Sequence record: PQ898602.1
DNA length: 64,000 bases
Reading direction: 5' to 3' (one strand)
Both the position numbers and the translations under genes were made by a program. How positions within the stretch are numbered: position 1 is the first letter of the stretch; each line of letters opens with the position of its first letter. Below are positions 12,001 to 21,200 of this stretch, in pieces. The notes under the pieces are model-generated. The model was not told the origin of the DNA, did not search any database, and saw only the letters and a program-made list of their open reading frames with translations.

Positions 12001-13641
12001 GCAGTTGGTAATAGTTCACTATTTGCATCTTCACTTGATCTCGAAACATGGTCTGCTTCTGAAATCGTCACGGGCGCGGGCAATACGTACCACTTCAACT
12101 CCGTAGTTTCTACGGGTCTTGGAAATACTGATCATGTTGTTGCAGTTGGTCAATCCGCAATGATCTGGAAAGCAACTGCATCGGATATCGCAGTTACTTC
12201 GTTTGAAAGACTTCCAATCTTTGAACAACAATCTCTCGCAGGATTTGGTGTTATTAATACCAACCTGACTACGTTCACAGGTACAATCAATGATATTATC
12301 TACGAACCACTAAATGATAAGTATGTTGCAGTTGGTGCAGGTGGTTCTGCGTTTGTTGCAACTGGTATTGGATCTACGTGTTTCTTCAACAGATACACTG
12401 GAATTCTTAATAACATTAATGCAGTCGCACATAGTCCACAACTTGGTTATTTCGTTGGTGTTTGTAGTGGAGGTAAGATTATTAATTCTTCCACCGCAGA
12501 AATTTGGTCACAGAATCCAACTCCAACAATTAGGAACTTGGAATGTGTTATTTGGGATGGATCTAATTTCATTGCCGCGGGCGAAAATGGAACAATTGTT
12601 AAATCTGTTACCAGAGATCAATACGTTGTTGTCAACAATAACATCGGTGCTTCTAATATCATTGTTGATCTCCAATATCATGATGATCTTTATGTTGCAA
12701 TCACCGATAGTGGAAAACTCTTCTACTCCTTTGACCTTGCTGTTTGGGACGAGAGGGGAACTAAACAAAATAATGACTTGAAAACTATCTTCCATGATGT
12801 AGGATTCTCTACAGAGGGTGCATTTATTGCCGCGGGCGCCGGCGCGACTGCAATCTACGCAACACCAATTACACACAGAGCGACCGCAGAATCTTCTGTT
12901 CTGAATGGAATTGTAACCAGCATCACGGTTACTGATGGTGGTTTTGGATATTCTCAAAGTAATGTTCCATCCGTTATGGTTCAATCTGACACTTACAAGT
13001 TTGAGAATATTAGATCTATCAAGGCAGAAGGTGATCACGGCGTAATTGTTGGTGTTAATACTTTCCTCGCGGGCACGCCTGGAATCGGAACCACTTCACC
13101 TAAAATTGAGTTTGTTCTAAAATCTGAACAATATGATAATGGAACCCTGGGTGTTGGTTATTCCGCACTAAATGATTATGGAGTTACTGCATCTCAGATC
13201 ACTAAGGGCGATTACTTCGTCATCACCGATAGTAATGTTGGAATCGGTACTCAACTCACGGGTATCTCTACACTCTCTGGTGGTATGTCTAATTACCCCG
13301 CATCTGTTGTCGGTACAGCGAAGAGTTTCCTTGATGGTGTATATCGTGCGGATTTCGTAACACCTGCTTCTGCGGGTATCGTAACCGTAACATGTCACTT
13401 CGTTCCATCTCTCGGAGACAACAACAACTTTGTTCAAGTCTACGCAAGAGGTGAGGACTTCAGTGGTATTGGTACCAATGAGTTCTATGGTAGATATTCA
13501 TGGGGTAAGATCTATGATTATCAAAATAGAGCACTTACAACACTGAATCCTGTGAACTTTGATTCTTATCGTGATAATGGTCTAACTGGACTGAGCACTT
13601 CACCTAAAGTATTCAGAACAAGGGGACTATTAAGTCCATAA
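1..13641 (+). CDS. g7: Giant baseplate wedge initiator-like protein (cyanophage gp7 family), 5'-truncated, >=4546 aa
   Basis: Frame 1 reads without a stop from base 1 (NSIKLAFSNSDVFNEK...) into the tracked ORF at 1222, so the GTG at 1222 is not the true start. It lies directly upstream of gp8. It has a YHYH-type segment, many G-x-GY Ig-like repeats and the C-terminal GRYSWGKI motif typical of cyanomyovirus gp7. Confidence 0.8.
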   Translation, partial: NSIKLAFSNSDVFNEKFIFANRGITADKVVKADYFGKKIENQKLVKTFPYSKVQKKSEDINDKTTDSKPVGLLVNGTEILSPTLFDENYYYGRIEEIIVTNSGSDYDVLDPPPVEVKDEFGSGCKAHANLSGGLTRVKIISPGVGYQSKPKIKISGGNGSGAVLESNLVSSRISVGFKGDTGVSVADNTLTTIDDVLFVNGEEVIYSTNNNTDVLGIVNGSSYFVGIVTDKKVKLYNNKQDAVAGNNEIQITGISSGFHALESLKNKNTITEIYVNDPGDGYSNRAIKVPSVVSSDNRTLGVNTFDSYIYATNHGFQNSEFVVYEYTDTEISGLDTGKYYQVTKIDDNKFRLSDAGTASSTTDYNYINRKYVKFESLGVGTHTIKYPPISISIESTSELESIPVITPVVKPIVLGQIDDVFVEDGGVGYGVTDIINFHRRPNVGVGSILSNAVLKPIIINGSITDVKIINRGKGYRVDSDIIVQGDGDFAQLDPVVDSEGKLQSINIVNGGIGYGSSNTFLSIQNRGINAKFIANVKRWKVNQVIKKKNTISPDDDGVLYPSFNPNFGLQFFTFYPSKVLRFETQDNFNILNKEATTNLQHSPILGFAYDGNPIYGPYGYDKPEGGPIRRMTSSYTNNPTVNPQLRPPQQQGYFTNDYVYDGSGDLDEHNGRFCVTPQFPDGTYAYFYTVSVDQSQISTPVYPYLVGPSFYDNPISNNFLPTYNQDDSTIFTTDLVRNVSNYYLTNPNSDYPYIDRVGESFKQEFRVTDIQTSSIENAIVFTAGKNYKIDDIVQIDNGNSGGGGASVSVSELGGKEIESVGVTETEINNVEFRIRSTEIEAICSQPHNIEDLEDVFISGVSTITARAINGVKEARVKSKSTELLEDILDAGATGVSTFIKVKDTSGFKSNDFISVDGETLLITGVSSQRSGFYVNRVNNTGIHTIGDGLVALLPNRFSFSIVGEIDDYTFENTTTFFDPKETVGTGAAGTDRTVVGFGTTSFANRFIPTRSIYIPNHNFFTGEKVIYNVGASGAPLYVNNVGVAQSFGLTDGQELYTVNLGLNYVGLSTVGFTTSSSDGIGTTKNSLEFWPFDDQFGIVGAAHSLTKTNQRITGDVFRNIGIITTKTAHGLQIGDDFRLKFTGSTTDSYKIKLDTINRKVLVDDISFADSKVDLTTNSIDISGYSKYKKLKTGDKVVYYAATPITGLYNGKTYYILKDSTDKIKLCEFEADISTTSAVDLTAVGSGTAHMFHLINPPLDFFRGTIIEFDVSDTTLAQLDMVFSKDVNLTKRLDLLGTDADGFAIDRDGQPGTADAKITVDTRSKFVPDSFFYTLVPKGAAEQYKKEISSDDSIVSANKITVKPHGLNDEFSVVGLSTDNDKRLTFVVRNPLNIVEKSIVGNSTYEYTTTSQNVTGPISKVRINFAGRGYTKLPTVSSIVSAAGTDGVVRFESSTIGRVESLERIKDGFDYPTDPTLTPTLSVPTVAGIKNIRTIDRVAISTGGNNYSSAPELVVPAKPSIELIAVTQFGSVVDVIINKNDTALADPLTIIPIRNSNGFDIDEINHSNDVVTFELNNDPEVNPFITLGYGQTGYTFPFAIGDEVFVENCRLTKDSRIAGENNFNSIQYDYAFYPVTGVSTLNQTVTCDLTGISTGTLGDYDGEITQGTIINKKDMPVFNMVLSDDVRYQSGEKVTAQFFSGNVMENGWDNDVNQLRINNSIGNLFVNDKLRGENSKIIGTVDYFNTFTLKANLGVSRTKTQVADMSSGILNDYLQSISDNYYFQKFSYELKSTIPYSTWKESVKSIVHPSGFKEFSNYNIETQPTLAEVNSGIAKSTSMKVTLADTTPTLSVNIDSEMSFFDKTNFGLVYEDEPLADGSVKKVFFPEGVELQPYIINRTNKVLAVDDISSQFDGTVTQQLRGRYADAADLLGLNRDFIAEEVVAKVEYNYVNVGLNTVYDRSKLLSEAGKLVDSVAHDLKYNSNNETVDFGLEYWSQGGPTGFARTESLYGYHYFKFLGQYVINNQTPPTLYQTGTLQRFNFEVIDDPANFYLTRNKDSRDLIVFNKEEILDKSLASVSKAYPNFYFPGSPQTEAKSRYLRSYGMIQNNRQEIIDEAWDETVLIYNSISNKEAKYKREMGKLVDAVSIDTFLGGNTYTRDFSGFYFDGAGNPITDPERTFVGEEAQTIYAFSQARIFMEKAVSNQLTIKDLTAPVGPSTYGSGGPNVAITSTAACADVQQTLTTLTQITVDVISAGSTIGLPTANVGTYTTGGLKCRRDLQYIVDGVAQDISYDTNQHTIRNTKFYFKPDGTQKLDGLIGEEDESIYIFESSADYMQLAITNNLNYKDLRIAIDPVTGVNTDPSNYADIQTDIDTLVGILTVAIGNSSLAGIPTVGFGTADCADVRFSLANYVGIATGIIGFGTAVAPEKYFPSKTRGGIAVGLSTFRLKNNNTSLFKHVFSEGAFDIANNIINIANHNFQTGQELLFVKENGDDVGIGTTSFVEDATTDVVMNISDTFGGTAVLENGYNIAISGTISGISTTSVVDANSTTQFVQCIGSNGGTGTDAEFRVSINYDGSGVPISTSIQPTAGGSGYAVGDTITIAGTEMQAASPANDLTFVVTKTGPSAVATQANQSYSNVTAGTDPAGGTGAIFNVTRGSSGYISNVDVVNGGSGYALTSVITIPQAGIGGTDSTDDITVTPTLMGAKTMPSTVYCFKVTDNQIKLFGLSTTATFIDVTDVGVGTYSVQYKDPNASSIITIDGIIQTPLRFKSLSVDLKNSIGSATTTIAKLATGVSSVRTNDVLNIGAEYALIKSIGVGATNEVVLERGSFGTPAAAHTVGAAVTVLTGDFNIVGDVIHFSSPPFGKIGPAGLQTGSIFGGRVFSRTFDAATPEDKNILFDDLSLSFTGVAATEFAIKSQNQTTTTIFNDVNSAVDINNNPIVLINNVPQDPIVDYTVDGPSVNTLKFLSGVPKAGKISKVEITNSFGYEPKIGAAATVTIDDFGQIDTITINEGGTGYQSAPDVSIASTIGYGATITATVSAAGTVNGLTIVNAGTGFTGTSLPEIRIGIPTGYSNLTAEYTGGTSGDGQDARLSVVVGQGSSVIDFKIDNPGIGYKVGDVIKASGLIQGSGFRTDSLSITNLVYDETTGFTTITTGSAHNLSVLDNVRITGVGLTCGYDEVGIKSFTYDNVTGICTVTTWDPHGVLTSDVERRLTPSTATYCPHTGFTTLTVYGHSLEEGDFIRLEDNSLTFTCALDGNATNHTYPRSTDPAAGKFLEITDVTGDEVTINVGAGGTDTSAHTFVSATPNAITVKGIKSNKTADEVYLHNVKFICTEEHAGVTTDIFPDGTAPYGFVFPAISSPGVTTFTMQAGVSTIPHVFAGYTELGISTFNYSQNSGVCVIETHDAHNLVANEWVTLVDLKLKCTDANYDNYAGITSTLFPYRAGVNTYGDAYPASSPSGFSFKVTQVDNANTFRVNAGISTIVHAYEGFGAIGLYDLDYNEVVGVTTITLNEDHGFTAGDWVHLEDIELSCTSEHIGFSSTKFPYPAGTDDYGDAYPASSPHGSTFLVESVGTTTSFVINAGISTIGHTYVSGGTAQRVGMTQKVPSVQRVLRYTEDSTDGALDFLVTKVNSSTQYTVRAGVNTIPHFYTANTGVTTFRQFEEFQLKITEVQTDKFFGFYPGQFIAFNSIEDQFNGFKKKFTLSANIDGVKKILSLRVPDGSDLDVTNNIFIYLNDVLQVPGVAYEFRGSRIFFTEAPLEGSSCSILYYRGSSADVEEIDPPKTIKVGDQIQINESRLDAYDIDQFNRTVQKIVATDQLETFVYGSIGIDTNTDKRRPLTWRKQKNDKIITGSLFPKSRPQYTSVIRPSATIINEILPGDTTIYVDNAFPIFTDLDNLNENVRDILVIEDKETESAVAVANVSTSSSITSIGVSSGGVGYANTLSPIVTISASAITRKDPIFNWEGGNISGITGITTYTIFNHIDKGTAQRRFVAVGNSSLFASSLDLETWSASEIVTGAGNTYHFNSVVSTGLGNTDHVVAVGQSAMIWKATASDIAVTSFERLPIFEQQSLAGFGVINTNLTTFTGTINDIIYEPLNDKYVAVGAGGSAFVATGIGSTCFFNRYTGILNNINAVAHSPQLGYFVGVCSGGKIINSSTAEIWSQNPTPTIRNLECVIWDGSNFIAAGENGTIVKSVTRDQYVVVNNNIGASNIIVDLQYHDDLYVAITDSGKLFYSFDLAVWDERGTKQNNDLKTIFHDVGFSTEGAFIAAGAGATAIYATPITHRATAESSVLNGIVTSITVTDGGFGYSQSNVPSVMVQSDTYKFENIRSIKAEGDHGVIVGVNTFLAGTPGIGTTSPKIEFVLKSEQYDNGTLGVGYSALNDYGVTASQITKGDYFVITDSNVGIGTQLTGISTLSGGMSNYPASVVGTAKSFLDGVYRADFVTPASAGIVTVTCHFVPSLGDNNNFVQVYARGEDFSGIGTNEFYGRYSWGKIYDYQNRALTTLNPVNFDSYRDNGLTGLSTSPKVFRTRGLLSP

Positions 13642-13644
13642 ATA
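13638..13644 (+). promoter_or_regulatory. T4-type late promoter (ATAAATA) for g8
   Basis: ATAAATA overlaps the g7 stop codon, about 30 nt upstream of the g8 ATG. Confidence 0.7.
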
Positions 13645-13673
13645 AAATATAGAAAAAACCTAACTTTCTCAAA

Positions 13674-15269
13674 ATGCCTGCAATTATATCTGACCAGTTT
13701 AGAATCCTAAACGCTGAGAACTTTTTGAAGAGTGTTTCTGGAGTTGGGGACACTACCAATAAGTACTATACGTTTATTGGTCTTCCAAACGCAACCGCCC
13801 CCGAAACGGGCGGTTTTGCGGATTGGACGACAGATCCTCCTTCACCTTTAGATGGATTCCAAGAGGAAATCCAGGTAAGGGAGAGTATAATTGCATTGAA
13901 GCAAATTACCTCTCAAGATGTTAGACGACTTGTTAGAAAAGTCGAGTGGGTTGCTGGTCAAACCTACGAAATGTATAGACATGATTATACGGTATATAAC
14001 CCAACTCCTGTAACTGGTTCATCTTCACTATATGAAGGTAACTACTATGTAATTAATGATGATCTCAGAGTCTATGCTTGTTTGGCGAACGGAACGGACC
14101 CAGAAAACCCCAAGGGTCGTCCATCTTTCGATGAACCAACATTTGTTGACTTAGAACCCAGAGCTGCAGGTACCTCTGGAGATGGATATATTTGGAAATA
14201 CCTTTATACGATCAAACCATCTGAGATTGTTAAGTTCGATTCTATTGAATATGTTCCAGTCCCAGAAAACTGGGGTGAACTGGGTGAAAGTATTTCTGTC
14301 AAAGATAATGCAATTGACGGAAAAATCGAAACCATTTTGATTGACAATAGAGGATCTAATTATCAGCCAATCTCTACTTCCTTCTCAAATGTACCCATCT
14401 TGGGTGATGGTACTGGAGGTAAAGCAACTATCACTGTTGACTCTTTCGGAAAAGTATCCGAAGTATTTGTGACTGATGGTGGTAAGGGATACACATATGG
14501 AACAATTCAGTTCTATCCAGGTGCTCCTGGTTCCGAAACTGCTGGACCACTTGAAAAACTATCTAATGTTGGTGTAGGTACTACATCCTTCTCTGCATTC
14601 AAAGTTATTATCCCACCAAAAGGTGGACATGGATATGACATCTATCGTGAACTAGGTGCTTATAGAGTACTATTGTATTCTAGATTTGAAACTCTCGATT
14701 CAAACCCAGACATCATTTTGGGTAATGATTTTGCTAGAGTCGGTGTAATGAGAAATCCAAAAGTTGTTGGAAGTCAGGTAGAAAATCTCAATACCGCACT
14801 TGTCAGTGGACTGAATGCACTTAAACTTGCTGGTGTAACTACTACAACCACATATGCTGTTGACTCTGTTATTAAACAGACTGTTGGACTAGGTTCAACT
14901 GCTATTGGTTATGTTGCATCTTGGGATAACGTAACAGGTGTTCTGAAGTACTATCAACCAACTGGTCTCGCTTCTAGTGAAACCGCATTCAACATCATTC
15001 CGTTTACAGCGACACCTGATGTTGGTTATGGTGTTACTATTGAAAGTGAATCTCTAATTGGTCCTGCACTTCAGATCAATACCACATTTGGTGGTATCAC
15101 AACCACAATAAATAATAGAATATACCAGTTAGGACTGGACTTTTCTGCAGGTGTTTCTACCGCAGAGTATGATACTAAGTCGGGAGAAATTATCTACATA
15201 GATAATAGACCGCCGATCCCTAGATCTGCTAGCCAAAAAGAAGACATCAAGATCATTCTGGAGTTTTAA
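13674..15269 (+). CDS. g8: Baseplate wedge subunit gp8
   Basis: 531 aa. MPAIISDQFRILNA start, RKVEWVAGQTYEMYRHDY, DGYIWKYLYTI and SGEIIYIDNR..R...QKEDIKIILEF end are characteristic of T4-like gp8. Confidence 0.92.
   Translation: MPAIISDQFRILNAENFLKSVSGVGDTTNKYYTFIGLPNATAPETGGFADWTTDPPSPLDGFQEEIQVRESIIALKQITSQDVRRLVRKVEWVAGQTYEMYRHDYTVYNPTPVTGSSSLYEGNYYVINDDLRVYACLANGTDPENPKGRPSFDEPTFVDLEPRAAGTSGDGYIWKYLYTIKPSEIVKFDSIEYVPVPENWGELGESISVKDNAIDGKIETILIDNRGSNYQPISTSFSNVPILGDGTGGKATITVDSFGKVSEVFVTDGGKGYTYGTIQFYPGAPGSETAGPLEKLSNVGVGTTSFSAFKVIIPPKGGHGYDIYRELGAYRVLLYSRFETLDSNPDIILGNDFARVGVMRNPKVVGSQVENLNTALVSGLNALKLAGVTTTTTYAVDSVIKQTVGLGSTAIGYVASWDNVTGVLKYYQPTGLASSETAFNIIPFTATPDVGYGVTIESESLIGPALQINTTFGGITTTINNRIYQLGLDFSAGVSTAEYDTKSGEIIYIDNRPPIPRSASQKEDIKIILEF
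15108..15114 (+). promoter_or_regulatory. Possible internal late promoter for the 2505-aa gene
   Basis: ATAAATA inside the 3' end of g8, about 160 nt upstream of the next ATG. It uses an ATA Ile codon, which appears uncommon here. Confidence 0.4.
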
Positions 15270-15275
15270 TAAAAA

Positions 15276-18200
15276 ATGGCACAAAATACGAACCTCAATG
15301 CTTCTCCATATTTTGACGATTTTGATGTAGATAAAAATTATAAACGAGTACTATTCAAACCAGGAACTCCGATTCAAGCAAGAGAATTGACGACGATGCA
15401 GTCGATTCTCCAGAATCAGGTTGAAAAGTTTGGTAAACACTTCTTCAAAGAAGGAGAAGTTGTCATTCCTGGTAGTATTGCATACGACCCAGAGTATACT
15501 TGTGTCCAAATCGATGCCAATCACCTTGGTATCGATGTTTCTTTGTATATTGATAAACTAGTTGGTCAACTTATCAAGGGCGAAATTAGTGGTGTAACTG
15601 CGAAGGTAGAAAACTACATTTCAGACACCCAGTCGGAAGAAGGAAATTATACTTTATATGTAAAATATCAGAGCGCTGGAGAAGGCGACTTTGAAACTAA
15701 TACTTTTGTAGATGGTGAGAACCTTCTTTCTCTACAGAATATTGACTATGGTCTTTCTATTATTAAGGAAGATTCTTCTTTTGCAACTGCAATTGTTTCT
15801 GGTGCTATCAGAACTGGTTCTGCTGCAAAAATTGAAGAAGGTGTATATTTTATTAGAGGATTTTTCATTGACGTAAAATCTCAAACTATTCTTCTAGATC
15901 AATACGACAACTCTCCAAGTTATAGAGTTGGTCTATTCATTAACGAAGAAATTGCGGTTGCTTCCCAGAAGAACGCAGATCTATATGATAATGCTAGAGG
16001 ATTCTCTAACTTTGCTGCACCAGGTGCAGATAGACTAAAGATTTCTACTGAACTTACAAAGAAACCTCTAACAGATACCAACGATGAAGCTTTCATCGAG
16101 TTGATGAGAATTGAGAATGGTGTTCTCCTAAAGTTCTCCAAAAAACAAAACGTAAGTTCTCTAATTACAGATGAACTTGCTAGAAGAACTTATGATGAAT
16201 CTGGTAATTATTATGTAAATCCATTCAGAGTTATTGCTAAAGAGTCTGTAAACGATAGTCTTGGTAATAACGGCATTTATGGACCTAATGAAACTACTTC
16301 ACAGGGTAATACTCCATCCCCAGATCTCCTTGCACTTCAACTTTCTCCTGGTAAAGCATACGTAAAAGGTTATGAAGTAGAAACCATCAATACAATTTTT
16401 GTTGATGTACCCAAACCAAGAACTACTCAACAAGAACTAGATACGACTATTCCTTTCGCTTTTGGTAATCAGATTGAACTGAATAACGTTTATGGTGGCA
16501 CCCAAGTTGGATATGGAAGTAGTAGTCAGGTAACACTTTATAGTGAGAGAACTGCAAGTCCAGGAACTGCTAATGGTATCCCCATTGGTGTTGCTAGAGT
16601 CTATGACATGCAGCTAAAGAATGATTCATATTCTGGAGCTGATAGTATTTTTGTAGCCTCTCTGTATGACGTTAATACTTACACCTATATTACAATTAAT
16701 GCAGGTAAAGAAATTGCACTTCCAGCATTAATTGAGGGTACTAATTCTAATGCTCGTGGTTATCTGAAGACTGCGATGACTAGTACAGATACCCAAATGG
16801 TCCTGTATCAAGTTTCTGGAACTTTTAACGAGAGAGAACCACTGAGAGTTAATGGTAGAAAGCTTGGCAGAACAGTCAAAGACTTTAGAGATTATGGTTT
16901 TGGTGATGTAAGACAACTTGTAAGTCTCGACGGCAACATGACTGCCGATATTAGACTTTCTCAACCACTGGCAATCGCACCTCAAGGTACTGACTTTACT
17001 ATCAATGCAGCAGCAGGTGGAGAATCTGACGTTACATGTTCTTCCAATACCTTTGGTGTAGGTATTCAAACGGGTGATATTCTTGCTTATAACAAAAAAG
17101 GTGAAACAAGTATTACTCTCAACAGAGTAAAAGCAGTCAATGCAACTGGAAAAGAAATTACACTAGAAGCTACTACTAGTGTTACTGGTGTAAGTATTGG
17201 TGCTCTTCCTACTTCTGATATTGAAACTGGTAATCTATTCAAATTGGTTCCAGAATTATTCAATGCCAAAGATTCATACTTGTTTGCTGAACTTGAGTAT
17301 GCTGATGTTGCAACTGTAGATTTAAGTCAGGGAGATCTTGTATTCAAGAAATCTTATGATGTTACAGTTTCTGGAAACGCACTAAGTGCAACACTAGAAA
17401 GTGATCCAAACGTTGTATTGGAACCTTTTGATGAAGAGGATTATACTCTCGTTTATAATGATGGTACTATTGAAGGACTAGAACAAACTAATGCATCTAT
17501 TTCTGGTAGAACTATTACCCTTGGTGGTTTGAGTCAAAATGGTGCTGCGGTTCTTACTGCAACACTTAGAAAGAACAAACTTAAATCCAGAAATAAAGTC
17601 TTTAACAGATGTGCCACTCTTAATGTAGAACGTTCCAATACTAGAAAATCTGGAACGGGTGCTAAGTCAAATAAAGATGGTCTGACTTTTAGTAGAGTCT
17701 ATGGTACTAGAGTTCAGGATAATGAAATCTCCCTGTTAGTACCAGATGTACAAGCTGTTCTTGGAGTTTTTGAATCTGATGGTCCTAATGAGCCAACTTT
17801 ACCAAAACTAACTCTTGAGAATTTAAATGCAAACATTCTCAATGGTATTCAAGGTGAACAAATTGTTGGTCAAGATAGTGAAGCTATTGCTGTACTAGTA
17901 TCCAATAATGGAAGTAATGAAATTGATCTTGTATATCAAAATGAAAATAGTTTCATTAAGGGCGAAAGAGTTGTTTTCCAAGAATCCAATCTAACTGCAA
18001 ATGTAACTAAATTCACTGAGGGCGACAAGGATATTGCAAATGACTTTATCTTTAATCCTGCTCAATATCTTGAGTATGCTGACTATAGTTTCTTAGTTAG
18101 AAAAGAAGGTGTTACACCTCCAACAAGAAAACTAAAAATTGTCTTTAATCATTTTTATATTGAGCCAAGTGATGATGGAGATATCACCACTGTTTCTTCC

Positions 18201-21200
18201 TATGATGCATCTGTTTATACTTCGGAACTACCTTACATTGATTTCTATAGAGCAAATGAAATCCTTGATGCAAGACCAAGAGTAAAAGCTTACGATTTAG
18301 CTGTAGATACTCTATCTCCATTTGAATATAGTGCTAGAACTTTTGAAACTGCAAATGGATCTACTCCATTCTTCCTTTCAAGAGATAAGAATATCAAGGT
18401 ATCTTATGACTATTACCTTGGTAGAATTGATAAGTTATTTGTCAATAGATATGGTGAATTTTTCCTAAAACAGGGTGTTCCTGCACTAAATCCTAGAAAT
18501 CCAGAAGACGTTCCTACTGCTCTAGAGATTGCAACCATTGAGATGCCACCATATGTTTATAACATTAATGACATCACAATTGCACTTACGGATCACAAAC
18601 GCTTCCGAATGCAAGACATTGCAAGAATGGAAGATAGGTTAAAGAACGTTGAGTATTACACTTCCTTGTCTCTTCTTGAAAGTGAAACTAAGAACTTGAC
18701 TCTTAGAGATAGTGCTACTGGTCTTGATAAATTCAAGACTGGATTCTTTGTAGATAACTTCAGAAGTACTTCTGCTGGATCTCTTGGTGATCCTATGCAT
18801 AAGTGTTCTATTGATATGGAAGAGGGTCATCTCAGACCTCAACACTATTCCACACAGATTGACATGCTTCTGGGATCTGAAGCTGTCGTTGGAACTGCAG
18901 ATGGAGCTGCTAATCCTGATGCGGACTTGAGATTTGTTGAACAACTTGGAACTCCAAATTCAGTTAAGAAGGGAGATGTTATCTGTTTCAAGTATAAACA
19001 TGAGAAGTGGTTGGAAAATAAGTTTGCAACCAGATATGAAAATGTCAACCCATTCCACGTTGTCAACTGGATTGGTGCAATTGAGATGAATCCTGCAACG
19101 GATACTTGGATTGATACCAAGAAAACTAAGAAAACTATTGATCAAGAAGGTAACTACGAATCTACCATTCAAGAATTAGGTATTGATACTAATACTGGAC
19201 TTTCCCCAATCCAATGGGGTGCATGGGAAACTACTTGGACTGGTAAGAAGGTTATCGGTAAAAAGAACATGGGTTCTATTAAAGTTGGATCCAAGAAGGT
19301 TGGTACATCTACACATAAAGGAAAACAGATTAAAGGTCGTGGTATTCCCATTACAACTACTACTACATTTAGAGATAAGTATACTAAGTTTACAAATGTC
19401 ACTACTCTTACTACTAAGAAACAAGCTAGAGAGGGTATTCAATACAAAGTGAGTGAAGTATTTGAAACAGTTGAACTGGGTCCAAAGGTAGTTTCTACCG
19501 AAGTTCTCCATACAATGAGATCTAGAAATATTGAATTTGTTGCGAGAAGACTGAAGCCAACTACAAAACTCTTCGCATTCTTCGATAATATCTTAATGAC
19601 GAAGTATGCAGTTCCAAAACTCATCGAAATTCAGATGATTAGTGGAACGTTCCAGGTTGGCGAAGATATTAAAGGTTCTAGTGGAACTCATGCAATTAAG
19701 GCTAGACTTGCGAAACCAAATCATAAGTATGGTCCTTACAAGAAACCATCTCAGACATATACTATTAACCCATACAAGACTGGTCAAAAAATTCCAGGTT
19801 CTTATTCAAGTACTTCTACAATTCTGAACCTTGATACTGCTTCTCTAGAACTTCAATCTGCTTCTGGATATTATGGCAATATCGTGAAGGGTATGAAGAT
19901 TAAGGGTAAAACAAGTGGTGCAATTGCAAAAGTAACTAACGTTAGACTTGTTACTGACAATGCTGGTACTCTAATTGGGTCTCTATTCCTTCCAGATCCA
20001 AAACAAACTTCTAAACCTTCGTTTGAAACAGGAACTAAGACCTTTACTCTTACTACAAGTAAGGAAAATAGTACAATTTCTGGTGCAACCGATAGTACTG
20101 CAGAAAGCACATTTACCGCTTCTGGTACTCTTCAAAATATTGAAGAGACTACGTTGAGAATTAGAAATGCACAAGTTGATAGACTTATTAAGACTGATGA
20201 GAGAACCAAGAAGTCTAAGAGTACTAAACTCAAGGGAACGACCACATTTAAAGATAGAACCGTCAAACAAACAAGATGGGTTGACCCACTTGCACAATCG
20301 TTTGAGGTTCCAGATGAAAGAGGTGTATTCATCTCCAAGATTGAAGTCTACTTTAGAACCAAGGATAAGCAGGGACTTCCTGTTACTGGACAGATCAGAA
20401 CCATGCAAACTGGTCTACCAACCACAGAAATCCTTCCATTCGGTGAAGTAGTTCTTGAACCAGTTGATGTTAAAACTTCAAAGACTGGTACAGTTCCAAC
20501 AACATTTGAGTTCCCATCTCCTGTTTATCTTGAGACTGGTCAATCATATTGTTTCGTTCTTCTGTCTGCATCGAATGAATATACAGTCTTCATCTCTAGA
20601 ATGGGTGAAGAAGATGTGACTACAGTTGATAAACCAGAATCTGAGAAAATTATCGTTTCTTCTCAGCCACTTCTCGGTTCTCTATTCAAGTCTCAGAATG
20701 GTGCAACTTGGGATCCAAGTCAGTTGGAAGACCTTAAGTTCACAGTTTACAGATCCAAATTCAAGACTGGAGAGACTACTTTTAGATTCTATAACCCAGA
20801 TCTCGACTTGGGTAATGGTCAGATTGCAACTCTTAAGAATAATCCTGCGGATTCCATCGCAAGATCTGCGTTGGTTGGTATTGGTACAAGTCTAAGTTCT
20901 GCTGAACAAACGGACTTGACACCTGGTGTAACCATGTTGCAAGAAGCAAATTCTGGATTTAGTGCAACCCTCGATAGTGTAGTTGGTTCTATTGGTATTG
21001 GAAGTGATCTTACTCTAACTGCAGTTGGTTCAGGATTTACTACTCCATATACTGCATATGATAATGTCAGTCTAATTGCAATCACTGGTGAAGGTACTGG
21101 TGGTAAGGTTGAACTTTCAGTACAAAATGGAGTTGCAATTGCCGCGACAGTTTCTGCTGGAGGTACTGGTTATGCTTCTGGTGATGCTCTTACTATCAAC

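Noticed and set aside
1222-13641. GTG at 1222 as the start of the giant ORF
   Set aside because: The same frame is open and protein-like from base 1, so the real start lies upstream of the window.
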